Positions 8,288 through 18,242 of a DNA stretch of 64,000 nucleotides are shown in pieces. The notes below the pieces were generated by a model that was given only the letters and a program-made list of their open reading frames with translations, made no database searches and was not told the origin of the DNA. The translations under genes and the position numbers were made by a program. This DNA is from Candidatus Saccharimonadales bacterium (lineage in GTDB: Bacteria > Patescibacteriota > Saccharimonadia > Saccharimonadales > DATKHC01): NCBI GenBank assembly GCA_038317055.1, contig JBBQBA010000001.1:88153-152152 (forward strand). Reading direction: 5' to 3'. Position 1 is the first letter of the stretch. Each line of letters starts with the position of its first letter.

Positions 8288-11110
8288 TTATTTTTTAAGC
8301 ATTTGCTTTAAATAATGGCCAGTGTAGCTATCTTTAGAGTCGGCAATTTTCTCAGGTGTACCTGTAGCGATTATTTGACCACCACCATCACCACCCTCTG
8401 GCCCCATGTCAATTACATAGTCTGCATTTTTAATCACATCTAGATTATGTTCAATTATGATCATACTGTTACCAGTATCAACAAGTGCATGTAGAACACT
8501 AAGTAACTTGTTAACATCGTCCATGTGAAGACCTGTTGTTGGTTCATCTAATATATACAATGTACGGCCAGTTGGACGGCGCGAAAGTTCAGTAGCAAGT
8601 TTAACTCTTTGTGCCTCACCTCCTGATAGTGTAGTGGCTGATTGCCCAAGACAAATATAACCCAAACCTACATCAACTAGTGTTTGAAGTTTACGTGCAA
8701 TTGATGGAATATTTTGGAAAAATTCTAATGCTGCTTCGGTTGTTAGACTAAGCACATCACTAATATTTTTACCTTTATAATGAATCTCTAAAGCTTCACG
8801 GTTATATCTTTTGCCATGACAAACTTCACATGGGACGTATACATCAGGAAGAAAGTGCATTTCAATCTTAATAATCCCATCACCGCTACAATTCTCACAC
8901 CGTCCACCGCGAACATTAAAACTAAATCTACCAGGCATATAACCCCTAAGTTTTGCTTCGGGTGTTCCGGCGAATAATTCTCTTATTGGCGTAAACAAAC
9001 CCGTGTAAGTTGCAGGATTACTACGAGGTGTTCGTCCGATAGGGGATTGGTCAATAATAATTGCTTTGTCTAGATTTTTTATACCATGTATTTCATCATG
9101 TTTACCAGGAACCGCATTGCTACGCATTAGTCTAGCTGATAATTCTTTTGCTAAAATGTCATTTATTAAAGACGATTTGCCAGAACCAGACACGCCACTA
9201 ACAACAACCAACATACCAAGTGGAATATCAGCATCAATATTCTTTAGATTATTTTCTCGAGCTCCTTTAATAGTAAGCGTGTTACCGTTTCCCCTACGTC
9301 TTTTTTTAGGTACAGCTATAGATTTCTCTCCGCGTAGATATTGGCCGGTAATGCTATCTTTTACTTTCATAACATCTGCGGGTTTACCTTCAGCAACTAC
9401 GTTTCCACCATGAATTCCAGCATAAGGACCAATGTCTAGCAAATAATCTGAAGTTCGTATAGTTTCTTCATCGTGTTCTACGACTAGTACCGTATTGCCA
9501 ATATCTCTTAGGTGTTTTAAGGTAGCTACCAATCTATTATTATCCCTCTGATGTAAACCAATACTAGGTTCATCAAGTACATACAGCACACCCATTAAAC
9601 CTGAGCCAATTTGCGTGGCTAATCTTATTCGTTGAGCTTCACCACCTGAGAGTGTTACTGCGCTTCTAGCAAGATCTAAATAATTTAATCCAACATCTTT
9701 CATGAACCTTAATCTTGCAAGTATCTCTTTTAGAATTTGTTTAGCTATTTTTGTTTCTATTTCGTTAAAATGTAGTCCTTCGAAAAAACTTATAGCATTA
9801 TCGACTGAGTATTCACAAATATCCATGATTGATTTATCTTTAACTGTTACCGCAAGTACTTCTGGTTTTAATCTTTTACCTCCACAAACACTACACGGTT
9901 TTTCACGCATAAACCTTTCTATATCGCGGCGGATGAAATCACTGTCAGTTTCACGGTGTCTACGTTCAATATTTGGAATTACACCCTCATAAGCTGTTTG
10001 AAAAGTTCGGCCAAGACCTAAGCTAACTTTATATGTCTCTTTTCCGGTACCGTAAAGTATTTTATTTAAATCTTCTGGTTTTAAGTCGGCTGTTGGTACT
10101 TGTAGAGAGAAATGATATCGATCAGCTACTGCCTGCATTTTTTTGGTATACCAGGCATCCATATTAATTCTGTTGAATGGTCTAATTGCACCTTCAGCTA
10201 TTGTTAATCTACCGTTTGGAATTATCATATCAGGGTCAGCTTCTAACCTTGAGCCTAGTCCAGTACACACCGGACAAGCACCTTGTGGATTATTGAAACT
10301 AAATGTTCTTGGCTCTAGTTCTGGAATATTTACATCCGGATGATCAACGCAAGCATACATTAAGCTATAATCGAATTCCTCTGACGAATCTACATTTACA
10401 ACTTTTAATTGTCCTGATGCAATGTCTAACGCTTGTTCAATTGATTGTGCTAATCGTGATCGACTTTCGTCGTTATTAACAATTCGATCAACAACCATTT
10501 CAATTTTATGTTTATAGTTCTTGTCTAATTCCGGAAATTCATCAAGAGAATAAACTACTCCATCAACTCGAGCTCTTGCATATCCAGCTCTCGAATACTG
10601 TTCAGGGATATGTTCGAATGCTCCTTTTTTCTCAGCAACAATCGGCGCAAGTATCATTAGTTTTGCATCTTTTGGTAATGAACTAACCTTATCAATAATA
10701 TCTGCGTTTGTTTGTCGTGTAACTGGTTTACCACAAATTGGACAATGTGGTATACCAATACGTGCATACAAAAGTCTTAAATAATCATAAATTTCTGTAA
10801 CTGTTGCTACAGTACTTCTTGGATTTCGACTAGTCGATTTTTGATCGATAGAAATAGCTGGACTAAGTCCGTCTATTTGGTCAACATCTGGTTTTTCCAT
10901 TAAGCCTAAAAACTGCCGAGCATAAGAACTCAAAGATTCAACATAACGTCGTTGACCTTCTGCGTAAATAGTATCGAAAGCTAAGCTAGATTTTCCCGAA
11001 CCAGAAAGTCCAGTAATAACCACGAGTTTATTTCTCGGTATAGTAACATCAATATTCTTGAGGTTATGTTCACGAGCTCCTTTAACTATAATATTGTCAT
11101 TTTCGTTCAT
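8288..11110 (-). CDS. uvrA: Excinuclease ABC subunit A (UvrA)
   Basis: 940 aa. Two ABC modules ([24 protein letters not shown]), LSGGEAQR signatures twice, and zinc modules ([22 protein letters not shown]...CEVCHGKRY). Confidence 0.97.
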   Translation of the reverse strand: MNENDNIIVKGAREHNLKNIDVTIPRNKLVVITGLSGSGKSSLAFDTIYAEGQRRYVESLSSYARQFLGLMEKPDVDQIDGLSPAISIDQKSTSRNPRSTVATVTEIYDYLRLLYARIGIPHCPICGKPVTRQTNADIIDKVSSLPKDAKLMILAPIVAEKKGAFEHIPEQYSRAGYARARVDGVVYSLDEFPELDKNYKHKIEMVVDRIVNNDESRSRLAQSIEQALDIASGQLKVVNVDSSEEFDYSLMYACVDHPDVNIPELEPRTFSFNNPQGACPVCTGLGSRLEADPDMIIPNGRLTIAEGAIRPFNRINMDAWYTKKMQAVADRYHFSLQVPTADLKPEDLNKILYGTGKETYKVSLGLGRTFQTAYEGVIPNIERRHRETDSDFIRRDIERFMREKPCSVCGGKRLKPEVLAVTVKDKSIMDICEYSVDNAISFFEGLHFNEIETKIAKQILKEILARLRFMKDVGLNYLDLARSAVTLSGGEAQRIRLATQIGSGLMGVLYVLDEPSIGLHQRDNNRLVATLKHLRDIGNTVLVVEHDEETIRTSDYLLDIGPYAGIHGGNVVAEGKPADVMKVKDSITGQYLRGEKSIAVPKKRRRGNGNTLTIKGARENNLKNIDADIPLGMLVVVSGVSGSGKSSLINDILAKELSARLMRSNAVPGKHDEIHGIKNLDKAIIIDQSPIGRTPRSNPATYTGLFTPIRELFAGTPEAKLRGYMPGRFSFNVRGGRCENCSGDGIIKIEMHFLPDVYVPCEVCHGKRYNREALEIHYKGKNISDVLSLTTEAALEFFQNIPSIARKLQTLVDVGLGYICLGQSATTLSGGEAQRVKLATELSRRPTGRTLYILDEPTTGLHMDDVNKLLSVLHALVDTGNSMIIIEHNLDVIKNADYVIDMGPEGGDGGGQIIATGTPEKIADSKDSYTGHYLKQMLKK

Positions 11111-11160
11111 AGAGTCGGTACATTATACAAAAAAACAGAGATAAATTCTAGAGTATAGAG

Positions 11161-12795
11161 TTAATAATATTTGTAATTGTCTTCATCATTTACTAATTTT
11201 GTTAAAATTCTGGTTTCTGCAGAATGAAGATCGGATCGAGCATTAATCACTTTCATTAGAGTCATTGCTTCATTTTTTCCAGTAATTGGCACTATGCCAA
11301 ATCTTTGCCTTATTTTATTTGCGTTTGAGGGTATATTTGGAGCGCCAGACGGTAGAACTTTTATTTTTCGGCCAATAACTGATTCTACTATTTCGTTAAC
11401 TTTATTCTTCCCAAAATACATATGCATCATATCAATTACACTTTCAGCGACGTCTTCAAACCGAACCTTAGTACTTCTTCTATCCAAATAACCCCTTCCA
11501 CGAGTCATAGCTTTATATGGTGCATTCATAAAATATACTTCTAATTTTTGATAATCATCAGCTTCGTAAACACATTTATTTACTAATTGCGAAAAAATAT
11601 TTGCTCTGGAAATTTTTAAATATGCAATATTTTCGATTTGTCTTGCTCTTTCACGGGTAATATTAAGTTTCGAAGCAAGTTCCTGTAAAGTTAACTTTTC
11701 GCCATTGTAATCATTTAAGGCTAGGCGCGCTAAAACTATTTCATATTCTCTTTCAGTTAATAGTTTTTCCCATATTTTTAATGTTTCAGATTGGTCTAAC
11801 AAACTTTCTACGTTCGATAACCGGCCTTGGTTAGAATTGTCAGGTACTATATCAGCAAGTACTCCATCTCCATAAACACCTATTGGCATATCTAGTGACA
11901 CAGTACTTAATAACATAGCACTACGAAGACTACTTAAAACATCTATAGAGATATCCATTTCATCTGCAATCTCTTTTTCAGTGGGAGATGATTGACCATG
12001 TCTCATGGCTTCATCCATTAATCTTTCTTCAACGTGTAATAATAGACGACCCTTTTCGGCTTCGTGTACCGGTAATCTAATCATATGGCTAGAATTGTCA
12101 CGAGCCCTACCTATTGTCTGTCTTATCCACCAAGTTGCATAAGTACTAAATTTAAATCCTTTTTCTGGATCAAATTTATCAACTGCATGACCAAGCCCAA
12201 TATTACCTTCTTGAATATTATCCAATAATCCCATATTAGAATTTCTGGGGTATTTTTTGGCAATTGAAATAACCAATCTAAGGTTAGCTTCCATAAAATA
12301 TATCTTTGCAGCATCGCCTTCCCTAACAGTTCGTTGTAATTGTCGCTTTACTATAGGATCTATCGTATTTAGATCAGTTGATTCAAGTGTTTTACTAGCT
12401 TCAAGTCCACTTTGTACTAGCCTACCTAATCGCACTTCACCTTCTTTATCTAATAGGGGAACCCTGCTTGCGTCTTTAAAATAATAACCAATCAAATCAG
12501 TTTCACCTGGAGTTGTTTCTTCTTTTGTGAAAGCACCAATATATTCATTTCCTCTAACTTCAGCTGGTTTTGATTTATTTTGTTTTGTTACTAATTTAGC
12601 TACTTCAGGTTCATCACCTAATTCTTCTGGGGTATCTGTTAATTCAGAATGAGTTATTTCAACTATTTCGCCGACAGTACACTCTCCTATGCTCCGTTCT
12701 AATGCACCATCAGAATCATCATTTTCATCATCAAAAACTAATTCAACTACATCAAATTGATCTACGGGCATACGAATTTCTTCTAAACTAGACAT
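11161..12795 (-). CDS. rpoD: RNA polymerase sigma-70 family factor (RpoD-like) with an acidic N-terminus and a 147-aa C-terminal extension
   Basis: Region 2 (NLRLVISIAKKY...FSTYATWWIRQTIGRA), region 3, and region 4.2 HTH (LTLQELASKLNITRERARQIENIAYLKI) are present. 147 further residues follow region 4.2. Confidence 0.85.
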   Translation of the reverse strand: MSSLEEIRMPVDQFDVVELVFDDENDDSDGALERSIGECTVGEIVEITHSELTDTPEELGDEPEVAKLVTKQNKSKPAEVRGNEYIGAFTKEETTPGETDLIGYYFKDASRVPLLDKEGEVRLGRLVQSGLEASKTLESTDLNTIDPIVKRQLQRTVREGDAAKIYFMEANLRLVISIAKKYPRNSNMGLLDNIQEGNIGLGHAVDKFDPEKGFKFSTYATWWIRQTIGRARDNSSHMIRLPVHEAEKGRLLLHVEERLMDEAMRHGQSSPTEKEIADEMDISIDVLSSLRSAMLLSTVSLDMPIGVYGDGVLADIVPDNSNQGRLSNVESLLDQSETLKIWEKLLTEREYEIVLARLALNDYNGEKLTLQELASKLNITRERARQIENIAYLKISRANIFSQLVNKCVYEADDYQKLEVYFMNAPYKAMTRGRGYLDRRSTKVRFEDVAESVIDMMHMYFGKNKVNEIVESVIGRKIKVLPSGAPNIPSNANKIRQRFGIVPITGKNEAMTLMKVINARSDLHSAETRILTKLVNDEDNYKYY

Positions 12796-12979
12796 ATTTT
12801 TATAAATACCCCACTAGGAATTGATTAAAGTTTATAGTCAAATACATTGTATAAGTAAGAGATATTAATATAATCCGGAATTGTTACTTATGCAACTATA
12901 TTATAATCCTGTGTATAAGTATTGTGAATACTTAATATTTCAATTAGAATATATAGTGTTAATCTAAAAACAAAAAAGT

Positions 12980-14068
12980 ATGAAAATCAAACTTAAATCT
13001 TATATTACTGGCATTCTGTTGGTTTTTGGAATTCTGCTTGTAACACCAGTCGGAGCGGTTTTTGCTGCTGGACCATTTACTTGTACATGGACAGGCGCTG
13101 GTGATGGAACTAGTTTTAGTGATGCTACTAATTGGTCTGGTTGTAATAGTGCTGCTCCGGTACCCGCCGATAACGATATATTAATATTCGACAATAGTTC
13201 GCTATCGCTTGATCAGAATCTAACTAATGACCTAACGAGTTTAAGTGTTAGTAGCATTGTATTCCAAGGTACTGGCGCTAATGTGTTTGATATTAGTGGT
13301 AATGATTTCACAAGTACTGGTGGAATTACCGATAATACTTCTCAGGCTACACAAGAGATAATAGAGAATAATATTGCAATTAACGGGAACCAAACTGCAA
13401 CTATAAATACGGGTAATTCAATTGATCTGAGTGGAGTTCTCACCGGATCCGGTAATCTAATGGTAACTGGTGGAGGTGAATTAGACTTAGACAGCAGTAG
13501 TCCAGCCTATACAGGAAGTTTAAGTACTGGAAATGGAGATATTAACCTATTTGTATCCGGAACACCATTTACACTTGGTGGTAATGTAACTATTACAAAC
13601 GGCGGAAGTTTGGAACTTAGCGATTCAGCAGGAAGTGGAACAGTTAATTTAGATTTCCCGCTGTTCGTAAGTGGTAATGGAGATGGAACCAACGCAGCAA
13701 TAAGTCTTCCGCAAACCACAACAGGTGACATTTTAGTATTAATCAAAACCATTACACTTGGTTCAAACGTTCAAGTATCTGGAATAAGTGATGCCACATT
13801 AGAAATAACCGGACCACTTACCGGATCTTTTACCATATCAACATTATCAATTAATGGTCAAAGTCCAACATTAATAATTAACTCATCAAGTAATACCTCG
13901 CTTACACCAAATGGTACAACCGCGGCCGTTGGTACTCCAGATACCGGCGCAGGTTTAACGACTGCCGAAAGTGGATTAGTATTTTTAGGTACAACTATTA
14001 CAGCTGCAGGTATATATATAATTTATCGTAGGTACAATAAAACAATTTCACTTCGTCACAGGGCATAG
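12980..14068 (+). CDS. Secreted surface protein with beta-strand repeats and a C-terminal cell-wall sorting signal (TPDTG + hydrophobic segment + RRYNK)
   Basis: Signal peptide (ILLVFGILLVTPVGAVFA). Repeats of GSGNLMVTGGGELDL / YTGSLSTGNGDINL type resemble autotransporter-associated beta-strand repeats. The C-terminus reads VGTPDTGAGLTTAESGLVFLGTTITAAGIYIIYRRYNK. Confidence 0.6.
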   Translation: MKIKLKSYITGILLVFGILLVTPVGAVFAAGPFTCTWTGAGDGTSFSDATNWSGCNSAAPVPADNDILIFDNSSLSLDQNLTNDLTSLSVSSIVFQGTGANVFDISGNDFTSTGGITDNTSQATQEIIENNIAINGNQTATINTGNSIDLSGVLTGSGNLMVTGGGELDLDSSSPAYTGSLSTGNGDINLFVSGTPFTLGGNVTITNGGSLELSDSAGSGTVNLDFPLFVSGNGDGTNAAISLPQTTTGDILVLIKTITLGSNVQVSGISDATLEITGPLTGSFTISTLSINGQSPTLIINSSSNTSLTPNGTTAAVGTPDTGAGLTTAESGLVFLGTTITAAGIYIIYRRYNKTISLRHRA

Positions 14069-14074
14069 ATTATT

Positions 14075-15115
14075 ATGGCAAATAGCGGTCACGCAACCTT
14101 TAATAACCCCGCTCTAACAAGTACAATTCAAAGAGAGTTAAGATCTCTTAATTATAATAAGCGACCTGTAAAGCGAACAAAACCTCGTTTAATTGACGCT
14201 GGGTATACACCAAGTATCCCAAATAAACATATTCCAATATTTTCTGAAATTTTTGTAGACGAATTTAAACAAATTCCGCTAGTGACTGATACAAAAATCA
14301 TTCAAAACCAACCACAAATTTTAGAAGAAGATGAAAATATTTTAAACTCAATAATATACAACGATGACACTCCCAGCTCTGCAACAATTAAAAAAGAATC
14401 AGCTAGAAAATCTAAAACCTTAAAAGTTCGAAAATCAAAGAGTAAAACCCAATTGTCACTACTTTTTCTTGCAGGATTATTATTTATTGGTGGTAGCATA
14501 ATTGCTTTTATGGGATTGAAACTAGATCATACCGCCCAAGTTCAAGCTGCTAATTTAACTAATCAGGCAAATCAACAAGCAAACAATAATAGCAGTTCAA
14601 CTAAGCCCTCAACAGCTCTAAGCACAATAAAACCTACCGACTCAAGTTTATCCAGCTATGTTGTAGCACCAAACCTACCTCGTTACCTAAAAATACCCAG
14701 CTTATCCGTTAATAGTAGGGTATTGTCGGTCGGAGTTAACTCGAAGGGGGCAATTGGTACACCAAATAACGTTTTTGATACTGCATGGTACAACGAATCT
14801 GCTCAACCCGGAAAAACTGGTGCAATGCTAATTGATGGTCATATTTCTAGTTGGACTTCACATGGTGTTTTTTATGGATTAAATATTCTTAAGCCGGGTG
14901 ACAATATGCAGATTGTGAGAGGAGACGGTGTTGTTTTTAATTATATAGTAATAAAAACCCAAACTTATTCAGCTGATAATGTTGACATGAAAGCCGCTTT
15001 AGCCCCATTACTACCGGGTACAAATGGCTTAAACTTGATCTCATGTAGTGGTGATGTATCAAAAGGAACCAGTGAGTTTAACCAACGAATTGTCGTATTT
15101 ACTAAACAGGTATGA
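14075..15115 (+). CDS. Sortase family transpeptidase (class F-like) with long N-terminal region and TM anchor
   Basis: The C-terminal ~150 aa carry the catalytic triad context: His (GAMLIDGHISSW), Cys (LNLISCSG, a TLxTC-like motif) and Arg (NQRIVVF). TM helix LSLLFLAGLLFIGGSIIAFMGL. Confidence 0.7.
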   Translation: MANSGHATFNNPALTSTIQRELRSLNYNKRPVKRTKPRLIDAGYTPSIPNKHIPIFSEIFVDEFKQIPLVTDTKIIQNQPQILEEDENILNSIIYNDDTPSSATIKKESARKSKTLKVRKSKSKTQLSLLFLAGLLFIGGSIIAFMGLKLDHTAQVQAANLTNQANQQANNNSSSTKPSTALSTIKPTDSSLSSYVVAPNLPRYLKIPSLSVNSRVLSVGVNSKGAIGTPNNVFDTAWYNESAQPGKTGAMLIDGHISSWTSHGVFYGLNILKPGDNMQIVRGDGVVFNYIVIKTQTYSADNVDMKAALAPLLPGTNGLNLISCSGDVSKGTSEFNQRIVVFTKQV

Positions 15116-15131
15116 CTATTAGGAGAATGAA

Positions 15132-15614
15132 ATGAAACGAATCAAAAATAACCAATCCGGATTCTCACACGATCTAGTTATAATTGCTATAGTAACTGTT
15201 TTATCAATTGGTGGAGTTGGATATTTAGTTGCAAGTCATGCAGCTACTTGTGACACAAGTGTATCCGGATCTGTATCGAGCTCGGTTTCAGGTTCAAGCT
15301 GCGGATCAAGCCCAGCTTCTTCGGTCGTAACTCCAACTACCGTATCTCCATCAAGGTCATCTTCAAATAGCTCATCAAGTTCATCTTCAAATAGTCAAAC
15401 AGCCAAAATATTACCTGTCGTACCCGCTGTTCCTGCAAACACATCACCACAAACGCCAACACAATCATCTACTACGGGAGATAATACAATTAAAGTAAGT
15501 GTTACAAAAACCCCTTCTGTCAAAAATGTGACGGTAAATACAAAACCGGTACACAAGAATATTTTTCGTAGAAGCATTGACTCAATAGGCCACTTCTTTC
15601 ATTCAATATTCTAA
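15132..15614 (+). CDS. Ser/Thr-rich secreted protein with degenerate prepilin-like N-terminus
   Basis: 160 aa. MKRIKNNQSGFSHDLVIIAIVTVLSIGG resembles a class III (type IV pilin) signal. The rest is a low-complexity S/T/P-rich region. Confidence 0.45.
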   Translation: MKRIKNNQSGFSHDLVIIAIVTVLSIGGVGYLVASHAATCDTSVSGSVSSSVSGSSCGSSPASSVVTPTTVSPSRSSSNSSSSSSSNSQTAKILPVVPAVPANTSPQTPTQSSTTGDNTIKVSVTKTPSVKNVTVNTKPVHKNIFRRSIDSIGHFFHSIF

Positions 15615-16813
15615 TGTTTATAAAAAATCATTTAGGTCAATGGTTTTATAAACTAACTGTTGCTTTAGTAATTTGCTTACCTTTTCTAGTACCATTTGCC
15701 GATAATAGAAATACAGATCTGCAGGGCATAATAATATTAATAATAGGTTTGTCCAGTTGGTTGACGATTTTATTAAAAAAAGAATATAAATTAAAAAATT
15801 ATAGTCAGCTTGAGTTAATTTTATTAGCTACTTTTATCTTATTTTGTATTATAAGTTTAATTCTCAATAATCATGTTGGATATGATATTTTAGGAGCTCC
15901 ATATATTCGACTTGGTAGTGCAGCATTAATTTCGTGCGTTGGATGTGGAATCGTACTAAGTAATGTTCCAATCAAAAAAATCATCACTTATATATATTTG
16001 GTAATAACTGCAGCTGCACTGATTTCTATACCTTATGAATTGTTTAGATTTGGATCATTACTTAGAATTGGAGGAATCTTTTCTCAGGCAGATATTTTTG
16101 CAGTTTTTCTTGGGTGCGGCATCTTAATTGGTATAACATTGTTGAAATTATATCCCCATTTGAAAATTTATTTATATTTAACCGAAATATACTTTTTCAT
16201 ACTTCTAATACTTACTCAAACAAGAGTAGTTTTATACCTGGTAGTATTAATGTGTATTTATTTATTCTTCCAAAGTTGTCTATATAAAAAATGGTCAATA
16301 CTTAAAATATTAATTGTAATAACTGGATTCGTATTATTAATTATCGGCGCAAAAATATTATTACCTCCAAGAACTACTAACATATCGTACGCAGGAAAAA
16401 GTGTCAGCTATCGTTATTCACTTCAAAAATATGCAGTTAAATCAGTCGAACAAAAACCAATATATGGATTTGGTCCGGGTAATTTAGCGGACGCGTTAGC
16501 TTGTAAAAAATTAACTGCCGCCAGTTTAGAAGAAACTTGCCAGAACCATTTCTTCTTTAATAGTAGCCATAATATTTTCATAGACAGGTTCCTAGCTTTA
16601 GGTTTAATCGGTGGGCTATCCTATCTAATACTTGTTGCGTATGAAATAACTAGAGGCTTAAGATTAAAATCGCGAATTAGTATTTTAGGTATGTGTGGAT
16701 TATTAATTTCGCTGTACTATCTTACTAATGTTACTAGCATCTATCTTGAATTACTGCTTTGGGTGATAATAATGCAAATTGCCATTAAGTCAAAAAAATC
16801 TAATACTCAGTAG
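15614..16813 (+). CDS. Polytopic membrane protein, O-antigen ligase/Wzy-like family
   Basis: 399 aa with about 10 TM helices. A large loop containing GFGPGNLADAL, followed by terminal TM helices, is an architecture typical of Wzy_C/O-antigen ligase-like proteins. Its start overlaps the upstream stop. Confidence 0.55.
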   Translation: MFIKNHLGQWFYKLTVALVICLPFLVPFADNRNTDLQGIIILIIGLSSWLTILLKKEYKLKNYSQLELILLATFILFCIISLILNNHVGYDILGAPYIRLGSAALISCVGCGIVLSNVPIKKIITYIYLVITAAALISIPYELFRFGSLLRIGGIFSQADIFAVFLGCGILIGITLLKLYPHLKIYLYLTEIYFFILLILTQTRVVLYLVVLMCIYLFFQSCLYKKWSILKILIVITGFVLLIIGAKILLPPRTTNISYAGKSVSYRYSLQKYAVKSVEQKPIYGFGPGNLADALACKKLTAASLEETCQNHFFFNSSHNIFIDRFLALGLIGGLSYLILVAYEITRGLRLKSRISILGMCGLLISLYYLTNVTSIYLELLLWVIIMQIAIKSKKSNTQ

Positions 16814-18239
16814 TTGGTATAATACTTTCACCATAGAGTTTAAGCTCATCAATTAAAAATGATTTATCTTTATTAGTATCGGGACTTTTACCAAGTTCAA
16901 CTAATTGATCAAAGTAAATTTTCATTTTACTAAACTCATTACCTCCAAGTAATTGTTCGGTTCGATATTTATCCCAAACAGCAATTTCTTCTGAAGTCAA
17001 AAGTTTGGGATAATTTCTAGCCTTATAAAGTGGTAATAATTTATTTAGTCTTTTATCAGAGAAAGTTGATGAATTTTCAACTAAATCAGAAGGATTAGTG
17101 TTTCTAACTTTTTCCATCTTTCGCTTATCTCCGTCACCGAAAAATCCATCATATAATTGAGCATCAACTAGTTTATTGGAATTAGAATATTTAGCTTCTT
17201 GGGTAGCATCAAGTATTACTAATGCCTCTAATAACTTTTTACTAAAATTAATTTTAACTTTTTCAAGTTTTTTATAATTCGTTTCTATTTGGTTCTTATT
17301 AAGTCCTATTCTTTTTTCACTGTCTTCATCCAAAACACTAAGTGGAGCAATTGCTGGACATCGATTAAACAAGATATCTTTTATGGGTAACCTTGGCTGA
17401 TCACGGTCTTCTGGACGCCATGCTTTTACTAATTCTTCAACGGATAAATTAACATAATTGTCGATGTTATAACGTAAATCAAATACTAATACTGCCTGTC
17501 TTTTGGGATGACTTACTAATTTAGAAACCACTGTAGTTTTTTCATATTCGGAATCGAATTTACCAGAAGTATATACAAAAGGTATATCATTATTAATTAA
17601 ACTTTCGATATTCTTTTTACTAGTCATTATGTTTAATAAATAGCTGAATAACTTTGGTTGGCTTTCATTAATTAATTTTGCCAAATCAATTAGCGCTATA
17701 ACATCTGCAAGTGCATCATGAGCACCAGTATGAGAAATACCGTTGGCTTTTGTTAATTCTTCTAATCTATTAGATGGTTTAGAGTCGACTATAGGCCATT
17801 TTATTCCGTCTGGTCTTAATGCTCTAGTCATTCGAACTACATCAAGCAGGTCCCACTTACCTCTTCCATCCCGCCATTGCCATTCATATGCGTCATAAAA
17901 ATTCCTGTAATGAAGGTACCTTATAAATTCATCATCAAAACGAACTGAATTATATCCTACAAAGATAGTGTCTCTTTCGACTATCTCTTTATGAAAAATT
18001 TTCAAAAACTCTGCTTCAGTCACTCCGTCTGTTATAGTCTGTTGCGGTGTAATTCCAGTGACCATAATTGCTCTTGGATCTGGTAAAATATCTGGTGCTA
18101 GTTTAATTAAGATATTTTGTGGTTCTCCGATTAATTTCATATCAAGAGATGTTCTCTGTCCAGCAAACTGCATTATTCTAGATTCGCTAGAACTAAGACC
18201 TGTAGTCTCAAGGTCATAAAAATATAATGTTTTAGACAT
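16800..18239 (-). CDS. sbcB: Exodeoxyribonuclease I (SbcB)
   Basis: 479 aa. DnaQ-like Exo motifs: FYDLETTGL, GYNSVRFDDEF, HDALADV. The C-terminal SH3-like and helical domains fit the length of ExoI. Confidence 0.85.
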   Translation of the reverse strand: MSKTLYFYDLETTGLSSSESRIMQFAGQRTSLDMKLIGEPQNILIKLAPDILPDPRAIMVTGITPQQTITDGVTEAEFLKIFHKEIVERDTIFVGYNSVRFDDEFIRYLHYRNFYDAYEWQWRDGRGKWDLLDVVRMTRALRPDGIKWPIVDSKPSNRLEELTKANGISHTGAHDALADVIALIDLAKLINESQPKLFSYLLNIMTSKKNIESLINNDIPFVYTSGKFDSEYEKTTVVSKLVSHPKRQAVLVFDLRYNIDNYVNLSVEELVKAWRPEDRDQPRLPIKDILFNRCPAIAPLSVLDEDSEKRIGLNKNQIETNYKKLEKVKINFSKKLLEALVILDATQEAKYSNSNKLVDAQLYDGFFGDGDKRKMEKVRNTNPSDLVENSSTFSDKRLNKLLPLYKARNYPKLLTSEEIAVWDKYRTEQLLGGNEFSKMKIYFDQLVELGKSPDTNKDKSFLIDELKLYGESIIPTTEY

Positions 18240-18242
18240 TAA

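Noticed and set aside
9066-10343. Three plus-strand ORFs (115, 96 and 66 aa) inside uvrA
   Set aside because: They are antisense to a highly conserved gene and are low-complexity Ser/Leu/Pro-rich translations typical of shadow ORFs.
15280-15400. Short nucleotide repeats (tca/agc-rich) that could be mistaken for a tandem repeat or CRISPR-like array
   Set aside because: They lie inside an ORF and encode a Ser-rich low-complexity segment. There is no repeat-spacer periodicity, and no CRISPR array is seen anywhere in the window.
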